Positions 10,270 to 19,529 are shown, numbered from the stretch's first letter. The stretch is 64,000 bases of DNA from Candidatus Falkowbacteria bacterium (GCA_003514005.1 DOSJ01000004.1:101533-165532), one strand, 5' to 3'. Notes: generated by a model not told the origin, from the letters alone. A program made the numbers and translations.

Positions 10270-11832
10270 TTATTTTATTTCAAACCCAACACTCTTCAGG
10301 TTTTTCTTTATTCTATCCTCGAGCTCTTTAGACTGCTTAAACTGATCTCCAAGTTCGGCGGTGACTTTGGTCATCTTATCTTCAAAAGTTCCGTCGTCTT
10401 CCTCGACATAATCCGAGCCGACGTAACGTCCGGGGGTAAGAACAAATCCATTCTTTTCAACCTCTGTTATTTTGGCCGCTTTGCAAAAACCTTTAACGTC
10501 TTCGTATTTACCGTTGATTGTTCGCCAAGCGTGATAAACACCGGTAATCTTTTTCAAATCTTCGTCTGTAAGCTCACGGTTCTTGCGAGTAACCATCGTT
10601 CCCATTTTACGAGCATCAATAAAAAGAATCTCGTCGTGTCGATTGCGGAATTTATGATCGTAACGATCACGAGAGACAAACCAAAGACACGCTGGAATCT
10701 GCGTCGTATAAAACAGTTGGCTTGGGAGAGCGACAATGCAATCAACCAAACCATTCGTGATCAAGCTTTGTCTGATGTCTCCCTCGCCGGAGGTGTTCGT
10801 TGAAAGCGAGCCATTGGCCAAAACAAAACCTGCGATGCCGGTGGGGGCCAGATGATGAATCATGTGCTGAATCCAGCCGTAGTTGGCATTACTAGCCGGT
10901 GGCACACCGTACTTCCAGCGGACATCGTCTTTGAGCCGTTCACCACCCCAATCGCTGATATTGAATGGCGGATTGGCAAGAATAAAATCTGCTTTTAAAT
11001 CTTTGTGTAGATCGTTATGAAAAGTATCGGCATTCTGCGATCCAAGATTGCCGTCAATACCGCGAATAGCAAGGTTCATTTTGCAAAGCCTCCAAGTGGT
11101 AGGGTTTGACTCTTGTCCATAAATGGCAAGATCGTGAGTTTGACCGCCATGTGCTTCCACGAATTTCTCGCTTTGCACAAACATGCCACCCGATCCGCAA
11201 CACGGGTCATAAATACGACCCTTATACGGCTCGAGCATTTCCACAAGAAGCTTGACCACTGACTGGGGAGTAAAGAACTCACCTCCACCCTTACCTTCAG
11301 CACCAGCAAATCTACCAAGGAAATATTCATAGACACGGCCGAGCACATCTTTGCTTCGGCTGGCTTTATCACCAAGACCGATAGAACTCATAAGATCAAT
11401 AAGTTCACCGAGGCGGACTTTATCAAGATCAGGACGACCGTAATTTTTGGCTAACACACCTTTGAGACTTGGATTGTCCTTTTCAATAGCAATCATAGCG
11501 TCGTCCAAAAGCTTGCCGATCTCTGGTTTCTTGGCGTTGGCTTTTAGATATTCCCAGCGAGCAATTGCTGGCACCCAAAACACACCTTCAGAGATATAGG
11601 CGTCTTTATCTTCTTCTTGACCTTCATAATAATCAGCGTCAGCCTTGATGGATTTGTAGACTTCCTCGAATGAGTCAGAAATATATTTGAGAAAAATCAA
11701 ACCGAGAACCACGTGCTTGTATTCGGCCGGGTCCATGTTATTTCGCATCTTGTCGGCCAGTGACCAGAGCGTCTCTTCAAAGCCGACATTCGCACCGTTT
11801 GATTTTTTATTTTTGGCGATTTCCTTTGGCAT
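10270..11832 (-). CDS. hsdM: type I restriction-modification N6-adenine DNA methyltransferase subunit
   Basis: 520 aa. HsdM N-terminal domain ([32 protein letters not shown]), SAM motif DPCCGSGGM and catalytic LANPPFN. Confidence 0.95.
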   Translation of the reverse strand: MPKEIAKNKKSNGANVGFEETLWSLADKMRNNMDPAEYKHVVLGLIFLKYISDSFEEVYKSIKADADYYEGQEEDKDAYISEGVFWVPAIARWEYLKANAKKPEIGKLLDDAMIAIEKDNPSLKGVLAKNYGRPDLDKVRLGELIDLMSSIGLGDKASRSKDVLGRVYEYFLGRFAGAEGKGGGEFFTPQSVVKLLVEMLEPYKGRIYDPCCGSGGMFVQSEKFVEAHGGQTHDLAIYGQESNPTTWRLCKMNLAIRGIDGNLGSQNADTFHNDLHKDLKADFILANPPFNISDWGGERLKDDVRWKYGVPPASNANYGWIQHMIHHLAPTGIAGFVLANGSLSTNTSGEGDIRQSLITNGLVDCIVALPSQLFYTTQIPACLWFVSRDRYDHKFRNRHDEILFIDARKMGTMVTRKNRELTDEDLKKITGVYHAWRTINGKYEDVKGFCKAAKITEVEKNGFVLTPGRYVGSDYVEEDDGTFEDKMTKVTAELGDQFKQSKELEDRIKKNLKSVGFEIK

Positions 11833-11835
11833 ATA

Positions 11836-12021
11836 TTATTTATCAATTATTTCATAATTTTCTTTATCACCGTTTACCCGGACATAGTCATCACAACCAT
11901 CAACGGCGATAGACTTACATTGGCAGTAAGTCATTTTTTTCTTGGTATCACCAAAAATCTCATCACCGCATTTTTTGCATTTGATGAAAGTTTGCTTTTG
12001 GGGTTTGTTGGCGATTTCCAT
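11836..12021 (-). CDS. small zinc-ribbon protein (61 aa)
   Basis: CKKCGDE...CQC...GC cysteine pairs. It lies 3 nt upstream of hsdM and 11 nt downstream of the AAA ATPase gene. Confidence 0.5.
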   Translation of the reverse strand: MEIANKPQKQTFIKCKKCGDEIFGDTKKKMTYCQCKSIAVDGCDDYVRVNGDKENYEIIDK

Positions 12022-12032
12022 ATTTAAAAAAA

Positions 12033-13466
12033 TTAGATCAATAAGAAGTAATCTAACGGTACCTTAATAACATTGGCATCTTCTAAGAGAGTAAGAGAGT
12101 TTCGGCAAACTACTACACCGTATTTGGCGGAGCCCACTTTTTTCATAGTACTCCTAACTTGGGTGCCCAGCTTTTCGCCCATACCTACTTCAATTGGGAT
12201 TATATTCTTTTCTGCAATAGTTAGAATAAAATCGGCACCACCCTTTGAACTATCGTGGTTCAAGGCACCTCGACTGCTGGCTACAAACTCACGATATAAA
12301 GTCATGGCAACAATATCTTCCATTAATCTACCCTTTTGTTGAGCAAATATCTGCGGATTGCCGGCAACCGACAAAAAAGCTGATCGCATAGCTGACGACA
12401 TAAACTGATATTTTGACGGCTTTCTTACTTTTTTTGTATTAGAACCATATGGCATAACCCTTATTAACAATTCAGCGTGCTCTAACACTTCGAGAATACT
12501 GGAAATAGTATTAACGCTGGTTTCAAGAGTTTTTGCTAAATTTTGCACGCTCAAAACTTCAGACTCGGCTAGCAGAAATAAAACTCTTTTAATATAACCA
12601 ATGGTTTTTTGATCAAAGCGACCAAGGCTTTGTACATCTTGATTGATAACCTTATCGAGCAACAAAGTTATAGTTTGATAGACACGAGCTTCGTCCTTAA
12701 TCCTAATTGCGAATGGGAGCGTACCAATTTTTAAGTACTCATCAATGTAATGGCGATCTACCTGCGACCAAAAACTAAGCACCGATTGTTCAAAACTTTT
12801 TAATTTATCGTATGCTTCTTTTGCTGATTCTGATGCAAATAAAGCATCTTTGATATTTTTCTTTAATCCAGTGACCGGGTATTTACCATCTTTGATCATC
12901 AAGAATTCGCAAAAACTTGTTGGAAATAATTTCTCAAAAATTGCTCGGCGAATAACATCCGGATTTGTTTGTAAAGAAACAGCAGAGGAACCACTGCAAG
13001 CCACAAAAACCTTGTTTGATCTGTCATAAACAGTCTTCAACACAGATGCCCACTTTGGGTCATATTGTGCTTCGTCAATAAAAATAAATAACGGCTTGGT
13101 CAGTTTTTCAAAACTCTCACCGATTATTTTTTCATAAGCAGATAGCACATCCTTAAGAGATGAGCCGAGAACATTTACCACTTCATCAAGCGAAATATAA
13201 AGCATTCGCTGTTGACCAACCTCTTGGTAATGATTAAGAAACAACTGAGCAAGAATTGTAGTCTTGCCAACACCACGCAGACCGGGAATAATTATCCAAC
13301 GATCTCGAGCTTCCGGATTATGCAAAAAATCCCTCAAATATTTATCAACTTTAATATAAATATTTCTTTGAGGATACTTTTTACCTTGCTCATCTTGCAC
13401 ATAGGACTGTAGCCGAAAAGGGGCTTGGACGAGCTGATTTTGTACATATTTAAGCGTTTCTTCCAT
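12033..13466 (-). CDS. AAA+ ATPase of the AAA_14/DUF4143 type with nuclease-like C-terminus
   Basis: Walker A PGLRGVGKTT and Walker B FIFIDEAQY. The C-terminal GADFILTI...IPIEVGMGEK resembles a PD-(D/E)xK D...E.K arrangement (inference). Confidence 0.8.
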   Translation of the reverse strand: MEETLKYVQNQLVQAPFRLQSYVQDEQGKKYPQRNIYIKVDKYLRDFLHNPEARDRWIIIPGLRGVGKTTILAQLFLNHYQEVGQQRMLYISLDEVVNVLGSSLKDVLSAYEKIIGESFEKLTKPLFIFIDEAQYDPKWASVLKTVYDRSNKVFVACSGSSAVSLQTNPDVIRRAIFEKLFPTSFCEFLMIKDGKYPVTGLKKNIKDALFASESAKEAYDKLKSFEQSVLSFWSQVDRHYIDEYLKIGTLPFAIRIKDEARVYQTITLLLDKVINQDVQSLGRFDQKTIGYIKRVLFLLAESEVLSVQNLAKTLETSVNTISSILEVLEHAELLIRVMPYGSNTKKVRKPSKYQFMSSAMRSAFLSVAGNPQIFAQQKGRLMEDIVAMTLYREFVASSRGALNHDSSKGGADFILTIAEKNIIPIEVGMGEKLGTQVRSTMKKVGSAKYGVVVCRNSLTLLEDANVIKVPLDYFLLI

Positions 13467-13915
13467 ATATTTTATATACTTTTAAAATGATATAGTAACA
13501 TCACTTACTATATTACTCTAGTGATATAGTAAAGTCAAGTGCCTGTTTATCCCCTAAAATAGAGGCTTTTTATAGCCATTTACTAAATGGGTGTTGACTA
13601 TATTTTCCGTATTTCAGCAATAGGACAATAGTGTCTCAAAAGTGAGAAGTGGACTGGAAGTAACCTTAAAGGTAACTTCCAGTTCAGATTTGAAAAAGCT
13701 ATTTTGACCAGTTAGATCACTGTACTGTGCAAAATCGGGACTTTTTGCACACTTCCGAGAAATTTTTAACGGTGCTATAATAAAATCAACAAATAAATAA
13801 TTTTTGCCTCAAGGGGCAACCTGAACGGTATTCCGTGCTCAAGGGCTCGTAATCGCTATCACTTTTTGTGGTATCGGTTACGAGCTCTTTTGTTTCTCGG
13901 GGCATAAGCAAAAAT

Positions 13916-14497
13916 ATGGAAAATGAATATGAAAAATTGGCTTTTCTTAAAGCCTTGATTGATCTTTTAGATCATCAAACAAAAACTCCGAAAAAAGTGT
14001 TTCTGTCGTCATACTTCCCCGGATTTGAGATAGACAGACAAAAGACACTGCTCGGGGAGTTAAAGAAAAACAAGCTGATAAAAAGTTTTATCTGGAAGGA
14101 CGGCGATTTTATAATTACTAAACCAAGCCGATCCGGAATAATTGAGTTTTTTAACAAAATTGAAAATAAAAAGAACAAGCCAAAAGAAACCGGTCCGATA
14201 GACAACAAGATCAGATTTAATGAACAAACCGGAGTGATAAGTATGGGAGGAAAAACCTGCCCTATTCCGATTAATACTAACCAATACTTCCTATGCAAAA
14301 CTATTTTCGCAGTCCCGTTTGGCACACTGGTCAAAGAAATAGACTTTTTGGATTTAATGGACTGGGCAAAGGATAGCAAGGACAGTGTCTATGACGCTAT
14401 GCGAGCAGTCAACAAGAAAATCAAGCGTGATTTGGGAATAGACAAGTTTTTGAAATGGAAAGTTAGACGCATATTTATTGATTACAAAACCGAATAA
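13916..14497 (+). CDS. hypothetical protein (193 aa from ATG; track start 13868 is GTG)
   Basis: Long ORF in the plus-strand module, preceded by an extended -10 like TGCTATAAT at ~13782-13790 and followed by an intrinsic terminator. No recognisable motif. Confidence 0.5.
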   Translation: MENEYEKLAFLKALIDLLDHQTKTPKKVFLSSYFPGFEIDRQKTLLGELKKNKLIKSFIWKDGDFIITKPSRSGIIEFFNKIENKKNKPKETGPIDNKIRFNEQTGVISMGGKTCPIPINTNQYFLCKTIFAVPFGTLVKEIDFLDLMDWAKDSKDSVYDAMRAVNKKIKRDLGIDKFLKWKVRRIFIDYKTE

Positions 14498-14527
14498 GGT
14501 GGAGTCCGTCCTGATTCGGACAGCAAA

Positions 14528-14566
14528 GAGCAGACTGAAAGAAAACGGTCTGCTTTTTTATTTGCG
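14528..14566 (+). terminator. intrinsic terminator
   Basis: agcagac-tgaaagaaaac-ggtctgct stem-loop followed by ttttttat. Confidence 0.6.
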
Positions 14567-14580
14567 GGCCGGCAAACAAT

Positions 14581-14763
14581 ATGCCGAAGCCAATAATCAC
14601 AAAGAAAATACCGCCTCTCACCCCAGTTCAAATGGAGGAAATTTTTATGGACAGATTAGCCGATCTGATTGTCCGGCTTTTAGATTATCGCTACGAGCAA
14701 AAAGAAAAAGAGAAACAAACTAATAATCAAAATGAATATGAAAAACCAAACACCGGACAATAA
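14581..14763 (+). CDS. hypothetical small protein (60 aa)
   Basis: Track ORF. Lys/Glu-rich. Overlaps the next ORF by 32 nt in another frame. Confidence 0.3.
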   Translation: MPKPIITKKIPPLTPVQMEEIFMDRLADLIVRLLDYRYEQKEKEKQTNNQNEYEKPNTGQ

Positions 14764-14995
14764 TTTTACTACCAGCGACTTCTATGTGGCCGCTTTTTTG
14801 CTCGCCTACAAATATCAACTTGTTGGCATAAATAAAACCGATGCTCGCCGGTTTCGTTTTGTCTTTGTTGACCAACCAGGACGACCCCAATTCGTGGAGG
14901 GTTATTTTTTAGGCTATACCGACGTGAACGCCAAGGAATTTGTCTTGGCGATCAAAGAGTTGAAATCACTGATGTATAACGACGCTATCAGTTGA
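14732..14995 (+). CDS. small protein, DUF5659-like (assignment from memory)
   Basis: TSDFYVAAFLLAYKYQLVGINKTDARRFRFVFVD... matches my recollection of the DUF5659 pattern common in small mobile elements. Unverified. Confidence 0.5.
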   Translation: MNMKNQTPDNNFTTSDFYVAAFLLAYKYQLVGINKTDARRFRFVFVDQPGRPQFVEGYFLGYTDVNAKEFVLAIKELKSLMYNDAIS

Positions 14996-15014
14996 AAATA
15001 ATTGAATATGAAAT

Positions 15015-15788
15015 ATGGAAAATTTGCCATTCGAAATAGATAACAATGATTACGTAAAGCTTCCCCGAAGCATCAAGACCGCCCTCGTGGACGGCTATTT
15101 GAGTTTCGAGGAATACTCAATCCTCGTCTGGCTGTGGATCAATGCCAATCCCCGGATCGGCCGAGCTCAAGTAAGCTATGCCGGACTTTCCAAGGACTTC
15201 AAAGAAAAGTATTCCAAGAATCACATCAACCGGTTGATGCTGAACCCTAAGCGGAAGAAGTGGATGTGGTTTCCCGTACAGCAAGGTCGCAGAAGTTCGT
15301 TCCATGTTGATATCGCCAGTTATCCCTTATCAAATGGTGGTTTTGTCAACATTGAAGTACGCCAGAAACAGAAGTTCTGCAGAAGTGAGGATAATATTAC
15401 AGAGCATTCACCAGCAGAAGTGCCGACAGAAGTTAGCGACGTTCAGCAGAAGTTGAAAAGCGATAAAAACGCTTTAGTAGATAGGTTTTCTTTCGGTTCG
15501 GAAAGCTCGCTCGGCAGAAGTTCCAAGAACGACAACGAGAAAGAAAATAAAAACAACCGATCGAATCGTGGTCGACCCGTAAGAGAATATACTCCCAAGT
15601 CTTATGAGGAACAGAAATGTTGGGAGATTGCCCAAGAGCTGGGAGAAAAAGATATGACCTTTATTCTTTCGGCTTTGAAAAGATACGGACTGGCAAGAAT
15701 TGAGGAGGCCTACCGGTCTGTAATGGATCAACCAAACGAGAAAATTCGGCACAAAGGTGCGTATTTCAATAAATTATTAACCCTTTAA
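15015..15788 (+). CDS. hypothetical protein (257 aa), possible DNA-binding/replication-organiser type
   Basis: Long ORF. Winged-helix-like N-terminus (YLSFEEYSILVWLWINANPRIGRAQVSYAGLSKDF) and a C-terminal ...IRHKGAYFNKLL tail of the kind seen in DnaD/replisome-organiser-like proteins (weak). Confidence 0.5.
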   Translation: MENLPFEIDNNDYVKLPRSIKTALVDGYLSFEEYSILVWLWINANPRIGRAQVSYAGLSKDFKEKYSKNHINRLMLNPKRKKWMWFPVQQGRRSSFHVDIASYPLSNGGFVNIEVRQKQKFCRSEDNITEHSPAEVPTEVSDVQQKLKSDKNALVDRFSFGSESSLGRSSKNDNEKENKNNRSNRGRPVREYTPKSYEEQKCWEIAQELGEKDMTFILSALKRYGLARIEEAYRSVMDQPNEKIRHKGAYFNKLLTL

Positions 15789-15809
15789 AAGATACTAAAT
15801 GATACCCAA

Positions 15810-16244
15810 ATGGCAAAAAATGTAGATATAAAAAACGAAAAATATCAGAACGCAATCCGCTTAAAATATAGTGATTTCACTTATTCAGAGATTGCCCAAC
15901 TGCTAAAAGTCTCTCACGTTACCGTAAAGAGATGGTTTCGGTCAGACGGTTTACTCAAAGACGAATACGAACGATATGAAAAAGAAAGAAATAAAGTTCG
16001 TGACAAAGAGACCGATACCGTCCTCATGAAGCATGCCGAAGTCGCATCCAAAATGTTGGTTAGTCTCATGGGTGCTAAAAGCGACGCCATGAAATTCCGA
16101 GCGGCCAAAACCATTCTTGATTTTGTCCGAGGTCCGGCTGGAGGCAGAGACGATGATCTCAATGATGAGGAATATAAAAGAAGTAGTCGTCAAATAGAGG
16201 AAATTTTAGAGAAATACAAGAATAAAAAGACTGTGGGCAACTAA
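15810..16244 (+). CDS. helix-turn-helix protein (144 aa), terminase-small-subunit-like/regulatory
   Basis: YSEIAQLLKVSHVTVKRWF is an HTH. Position just upstream of the recombinase gene. Confidence 0.55.
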   Translation: MAKNVDIKNEKYQNAIRLKYSDFTYSEIAQLLKVSHVTVKRWFRSDGLLKDEYERYEKERNKVRDKETDTVLMKHAEVASKMLVSLMGAKSDAMKFRAAKTILDFVRGPAGGRDDDLNDEEYKRSSRQIEEILEKYKNKKTVGN

Positions 16245-16327
16245 CGCTTAGCTTGTTGCCAAAAATAGCGTATGTTGTGTTTGAAGCTACATCTAAAATT
16301 ATTAGCCAAAATTAAAATGAAAATAAT

Positions 16328-18025
16328 ATGGAACATGCATTAATTTACTGCCGAGTCTCAACCGAGGAACAGGCCGAGGACGGCCACCACTCCCTTGCGA
16401 CCCAGCTCAAGCTCTGCAAACGAGCGATCGAGGAAAGTAACAAATTCAAACTGATAGATGACGGTGTTTTTGAAGACCCCGGACGATCAGCCACCAACAT
16501 GAACCGCCCCGGACTGCAAGACATGCTACTTAAAATCCAAGACGACAAAACAATCAGAGCAGTATTTATTCAAGACACTGACCGACTTGCCAGAAACGCT
16601 CTTGATCACATGCAGATCAAGGCGATTATGAAAAAGCATGATGTTGAACTTTTTTCTGTCTCCCAGCCGGGCATTACCGATAGCCCCGAGGGAAACTTTA
16701 TGGACTTGGTGATTGCCGGTGTGAACCAACTCCAATCCCAAATCACTTCCAGAAAAACTCTAAAAAGTCTTGAGCAGAAATTCTGGGAGGGTTGGTGGCC
16801 GACCGGTGTGGCTGTCGGATATTTAAATGCTGGCGAACCAGACGATGAGAAAAAGAGAATTATTATCGTAGACGAGGAACGAGCCCCACTTATTCAAGAA
16901 GCCTTTAAAATGTATGTGACCGGAGATTATTCGGTCTTTGAAGTTCGCGATGCTTTATACAAAAAAGGTTTTAGAACTCACGCCGATAAACGGCTCGCTC
17001 ACAGCAAGATGATTGAGATATTAAAAAATCCTTTTTACTACGGCGAGATGAGGTGGCGAGGATTAGTTAACACCGGAAAACATAAACCGCTTATAGATAA
17101 AGATTTATGGGAACGAGTCCAACTAGTTATGGCCGAACACAATAGATATGCCTGTCGACGGCAAAAATTCAATTTCATTCTGCGAGGCCTGACCTTTTGT
17201 GCCAACTGCGGTCAAAGATACACCGCCGAACATCATCCTAAGAAAAACAAATCTTATTACCATTGCAACCGATCTGGCGATCAGATTAAATGCCAAGATA
17301 AGTATGTGGAAGTTTGGGATATAGAACAGCAAGTTGCCAACTTGTTCAAGTACATAGAATTCACTCCCAATTTTACCGACAGACTGGTGACCAAGATTGA
17401 AAAGATTTACAGCGGTCGCAAAGAAGTGATTAATAAAGATAAGAAAGCCCTGAATACTCAAAAGATGATGTTTGAAAAGAAACGGGATACAGCCGAGGAA
17501 AAACTTTTTGCCGGATTAATCACTGATGACGACTTCTCCAGAGTAAAAGTTAAAATCAAAGAACAGCTCGAGCTATTGCAAGACGAATTGTATGCCCAAG
17601 ATAAAAAACTCAATATGAGAATCGATGAACTGCAAGATATGCTCTTATTCGTCCGCAATGCTTACGAAGCCTATACCAAATCACCGGATGAAATGAAAAG
17701 ACTATTCCTTGGCCTTTACTGGGAGAGATTTGAAGTAGCCAACAAAAAAATCCAAACCGTAATACCGTCACCGATCATAAGGGGGCTGATGCAAGCCGAG
17801 GACATGGTCTTTACCAAGAAATACAAAGAAATTACCGGTCCGAGAATAATAACCGACTTGGCCGTAGAATTTACACCATTCATAGCCGGCAAATCAAAAT
17901 CCAAGATTGCCCCTAAAACGCAAAAATCCCGACAAATTGCCGAGATTCCTGCAATGATATCCAATCAACCAAACTCGGTTATATTAGATACCGTTTGGGG
18001 TGAGGTACGGGAATCGAACCCGTAA
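16328..18025 (+). CDS. large serine recombinase (integrase)
   Basis: N-terminal resolvase catalytic domain ALIYCRVSTEEQ and DRLARN, recombinase domain, Zn-ribbon CANCGQRYTAEHH...YYHCN...C, and coiled-coil. The last ~10 codons are antisense to tRNA-His. Confidence 0.9.
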   Translation: MEHALIYCRVSTEEQAEDGHHSLATQLKLCKRAIEESNKFKLIDDGVFEDPGRSATNMNRPGLQDMLLKIQDDKTIRAVFIQDTDRLARNALDHMQIKAIMKKHDVELFSVSQPGITDSPEGNFMDLVIAGVNQLQSQITSRKTLKSLEQKFWEGWWPTGVAVGYLNAGEPDDEKKRIIIVDEERAPLIQEAFKMYVTGDYSVFEVRDALYKKGFRTHADKRLAHSKMIEILKNPFYYGEMRWRGLVNTGKHKPLIDKDLWERVQLVMAEHNRYACRRQKFNFILRGLTFCANCGQRYTAEHHPKKNKSYYHCNRSGDQIKCQDKYVEVWDIEQQVANLFKYIEFTPNFTDRLVTKIEKIYSGRKEVINKDKKALNTQKMMFEKKRDTAEEKLFAGLITDDDFSRVKVKIKEQLELLQDELYAQDKKLNMRIDELQDMLLFVRNAYEAYTKSPDEMKRLFLGLYWERFEVANKKIQTVIPSPIIRGLMQAEDMVFTKKYKEITGPRIITDLAVEFTPFIAGKSKSKIAPKTQKSRQIAEIPAMISNQPNSVILDTVWGEVRESNP

Positions 18026-18071
18026 CAGGAGCGCCACAAGCTCATGTGATAACCGTTTCACCAACCTCACC
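17996..18071 (-). tRNA. tRNA-His (GTG), intact, with encoded G-1 and CCA
   Basis: Hand-folded: G-1 + GTGAGGT / TG / GTGA-AACGGTTA-TCAC / A / TGAGC-TTGTGGC-GCTCC / TGTT / ACGGG-TTCGATT-CCCGT / ACCTCAC / C / CCA. Confidence 0.9.
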
Positions 18072-18079
18072 ATAATAAT

Positions 18080-18550
18080 TTAAATTTTAATATTGTGTAT
18101 ATGTACAAGATGATGGCAATTCCAGCATAGCCAAACCAAATTTTCAATATCGTTGTTTTTTCTATTAACATCTTTATGATGAACTAATAAAATTCTTTTA
18201 TCTTGAATGCCACATTTTGCGCATATTTGTTTTTGTCCGCTTTTTTTAAGTATATCTCTATAGACATTTAATCCTCCTTTCCATAATTTATGTTTTGGTC
18301 CGGAATATATTGTGTTTCTCCATTTAGATTGACAGGATTTATTACAAAAAAACTTTCCACTTTTTGAATTTTTTAATTCTTTTGGCATTTTCCAGATTTC
18401 TTTCCCGCATACTTCGCAGTGTTCGAATTTTCCTTTTTTTTGAATTACAGTTCGACATTCCACTGAACAACATTTACTCCAGCCCCTGGCTAAATGTGAA
18501 GGTTTCGCGTAAAACTCTTTTTTGCAATTTTTACAAATTACTATAGGCAT
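18080..18550 (-). CDS. HNH endonuclease with N-terminal zinc ribbons
   Basis: HHKDVNRKNNDIENLVWLCWNCHHLVH (HNH motif), and several CxxC pairs upstream. Confidence 0.85.
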   Translation of the reverse strand: MPIVICKNCKKEFYAKPSHLARGWSKCCSVECRTVIQKKGKFEHCEVCGKEIWKMPKELKNSKSGKFFCNKSCQSKWRNTIYSGPKHKLWKGGLNVYRDILKKSGQKQICAKCGIQDKRILLVHHKDVNRKNNDIENLVWLCWNCHHLVHIHNIKI

Positions 18551-18598
18551 AATGACATCATATTATTAGCGAAATAAAATGTAAATATACAAATGAAA

Positions 18599-18637
18599 TC
18601 CACAACCCGATGTTCTAACCGCTGAACTATGGCCACC
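18599..18637 (-). pseudogene. truncated tRNA-His: 5' half only (G-1 through anticodon loop)
   Basis: G + GTGGCCA / TA / GTTC-AGCGGTTA-GAAC / A / TCGGG-TTGTGGA, then an unrelated AT-rich sequence where CCCGA should follow. The sequence differs from the intact tRNA-His at 17996..18071 except in the anticodon loop. Confidence 0.75.
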
Positions 18638-18692
18638 ATGATTTTAATTTTTAGTTTTTAAAAATTAAGAATCAAGAATTGAAAATAATCTA

Positions 18693-19235
18693 TTAAATTG
18701 TGTAGAAATAAACCTTCTCACCAATCCCGCTTACTTCGATTACTTTGTCGGGTTTTTTGTTTGGGAGTAGAAAACTGTAGCTGATTACTTTTGTGCCTAG
18801 TCGGCATTCTTTTATTATTTTTGGTTCTAGGGTTTTCATTACCCCGACGTTTAGAAAACAATACAAGAGATCGGCTTTGCTAAAATCATATTTCAGAAAA
18901 TCAGTTTTTACTAGCTCGAGTTTGCTTTTGTGTATTTTATTTTTTAATTTGGCAATCAGTAGTGGCCAAATATAAAACTCTAAACCAATCAATTGTGCTT
19001 TGGGAAAAAATTGTCTAAGTGCGCGTAAAAATTTTGCTTCACCACAACCGATTTCCAAAACAACTGCATCTTGTTTTATATCTATTTCTTTTATTATTTT
19101 CTCTATGATTGATTTTCTCGTTGAGATAAAAGGGGCGTGGTTTTTGACTAATACATTAAATAAAACATAGATGAAATAAAGCATTATTATCATCAATGTG
19201 AAAATCACAAAATATTGCCAGATCAGTATTAGCAT
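18693..19235 (-). CDS. class I SAM-dependent methyltransferase with N-terminal TM helix
   Basis: Motif [12 protein letters not shown], 180 aa, hydrophobic N-terminus. Confidence 0.7.
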   Translation of the reverse strand: MLILIWQYFVIFTLMIIMLYFIYVLFNVLVKNHAPFISTRKSIIEKIIKEIDIKQDAVVLEIGCGEAKFLRALRQFFPKAQLIGLEFYIWPLLIAKLKNKIHKSKLELVKTDFLKYDFSKADLLYCFLNVGVMKTLEPKIIKECRLGTKVISYSFLLPNKKPDKVIEVSGIGEKVYFYTI

Positions 19236-19236
19236 G

Positions 19237-19310
19237 TGTACCCGACAGGGTTCGAACCTGTGACCTACAGCTTAGAAGGCTGTCGCTCTATCCAGCTGAG
19301 CTACGGGTAC
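19237..19310 (-). tRNA. tRNA-Arg (TCT)
   Basis: Hand-folded: GTACCCG / TA / GCTC-AGCTGGATA-GAGC / G / ACAGC-CTTCTAA-GCTGT / AGGTC / ACAGG-TTCGAAC-CCTGT / CGGGTAC / A. Confidence 0.9.
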
Positions 19311-19529
19311 CTTTTAATAGAAAAATAAAATAAAGTTGCCCGCTGTGGCAACGTATATAATGTAACAAAAATAGTGGTGAAAGTCAAGAGATTACGTACA
19401 TCTTTAATAATGAGTATTTTCTCAATCTAAGTCGAAAATAGGCTCGCTTTGTTTTTTTCTTGCATTGGACAAAGCTCTTTCTTTAAAAAATATTAAAAAT
19501 AGGCTAGAATATGGGTATAGATATTATTT

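Noticed and set aside
15181-15191. CCGGACTTTCC on the plus strand (GGAAAGTCCGG on the minus strand), the RNase P P4-like core
   Set aside because: It lies inside a well-behaved 257-aa ORF of the integrative module. The surrounding minus-strand sequence has none of the other RNase P conserved regions, so this is judged coincidental.
18072-18598. Group I intron with an HNH homing endonuclease splitting a tRNA-His
   Set aside because: The downstream tRNA (17996..18071) is complete, and its acceptor strand cannot pair with the upstream 5' half. Only ~45 nt and 8 nt of non-ORF sequence flank the HNH gene, which is too little for a group I ribozyme core.
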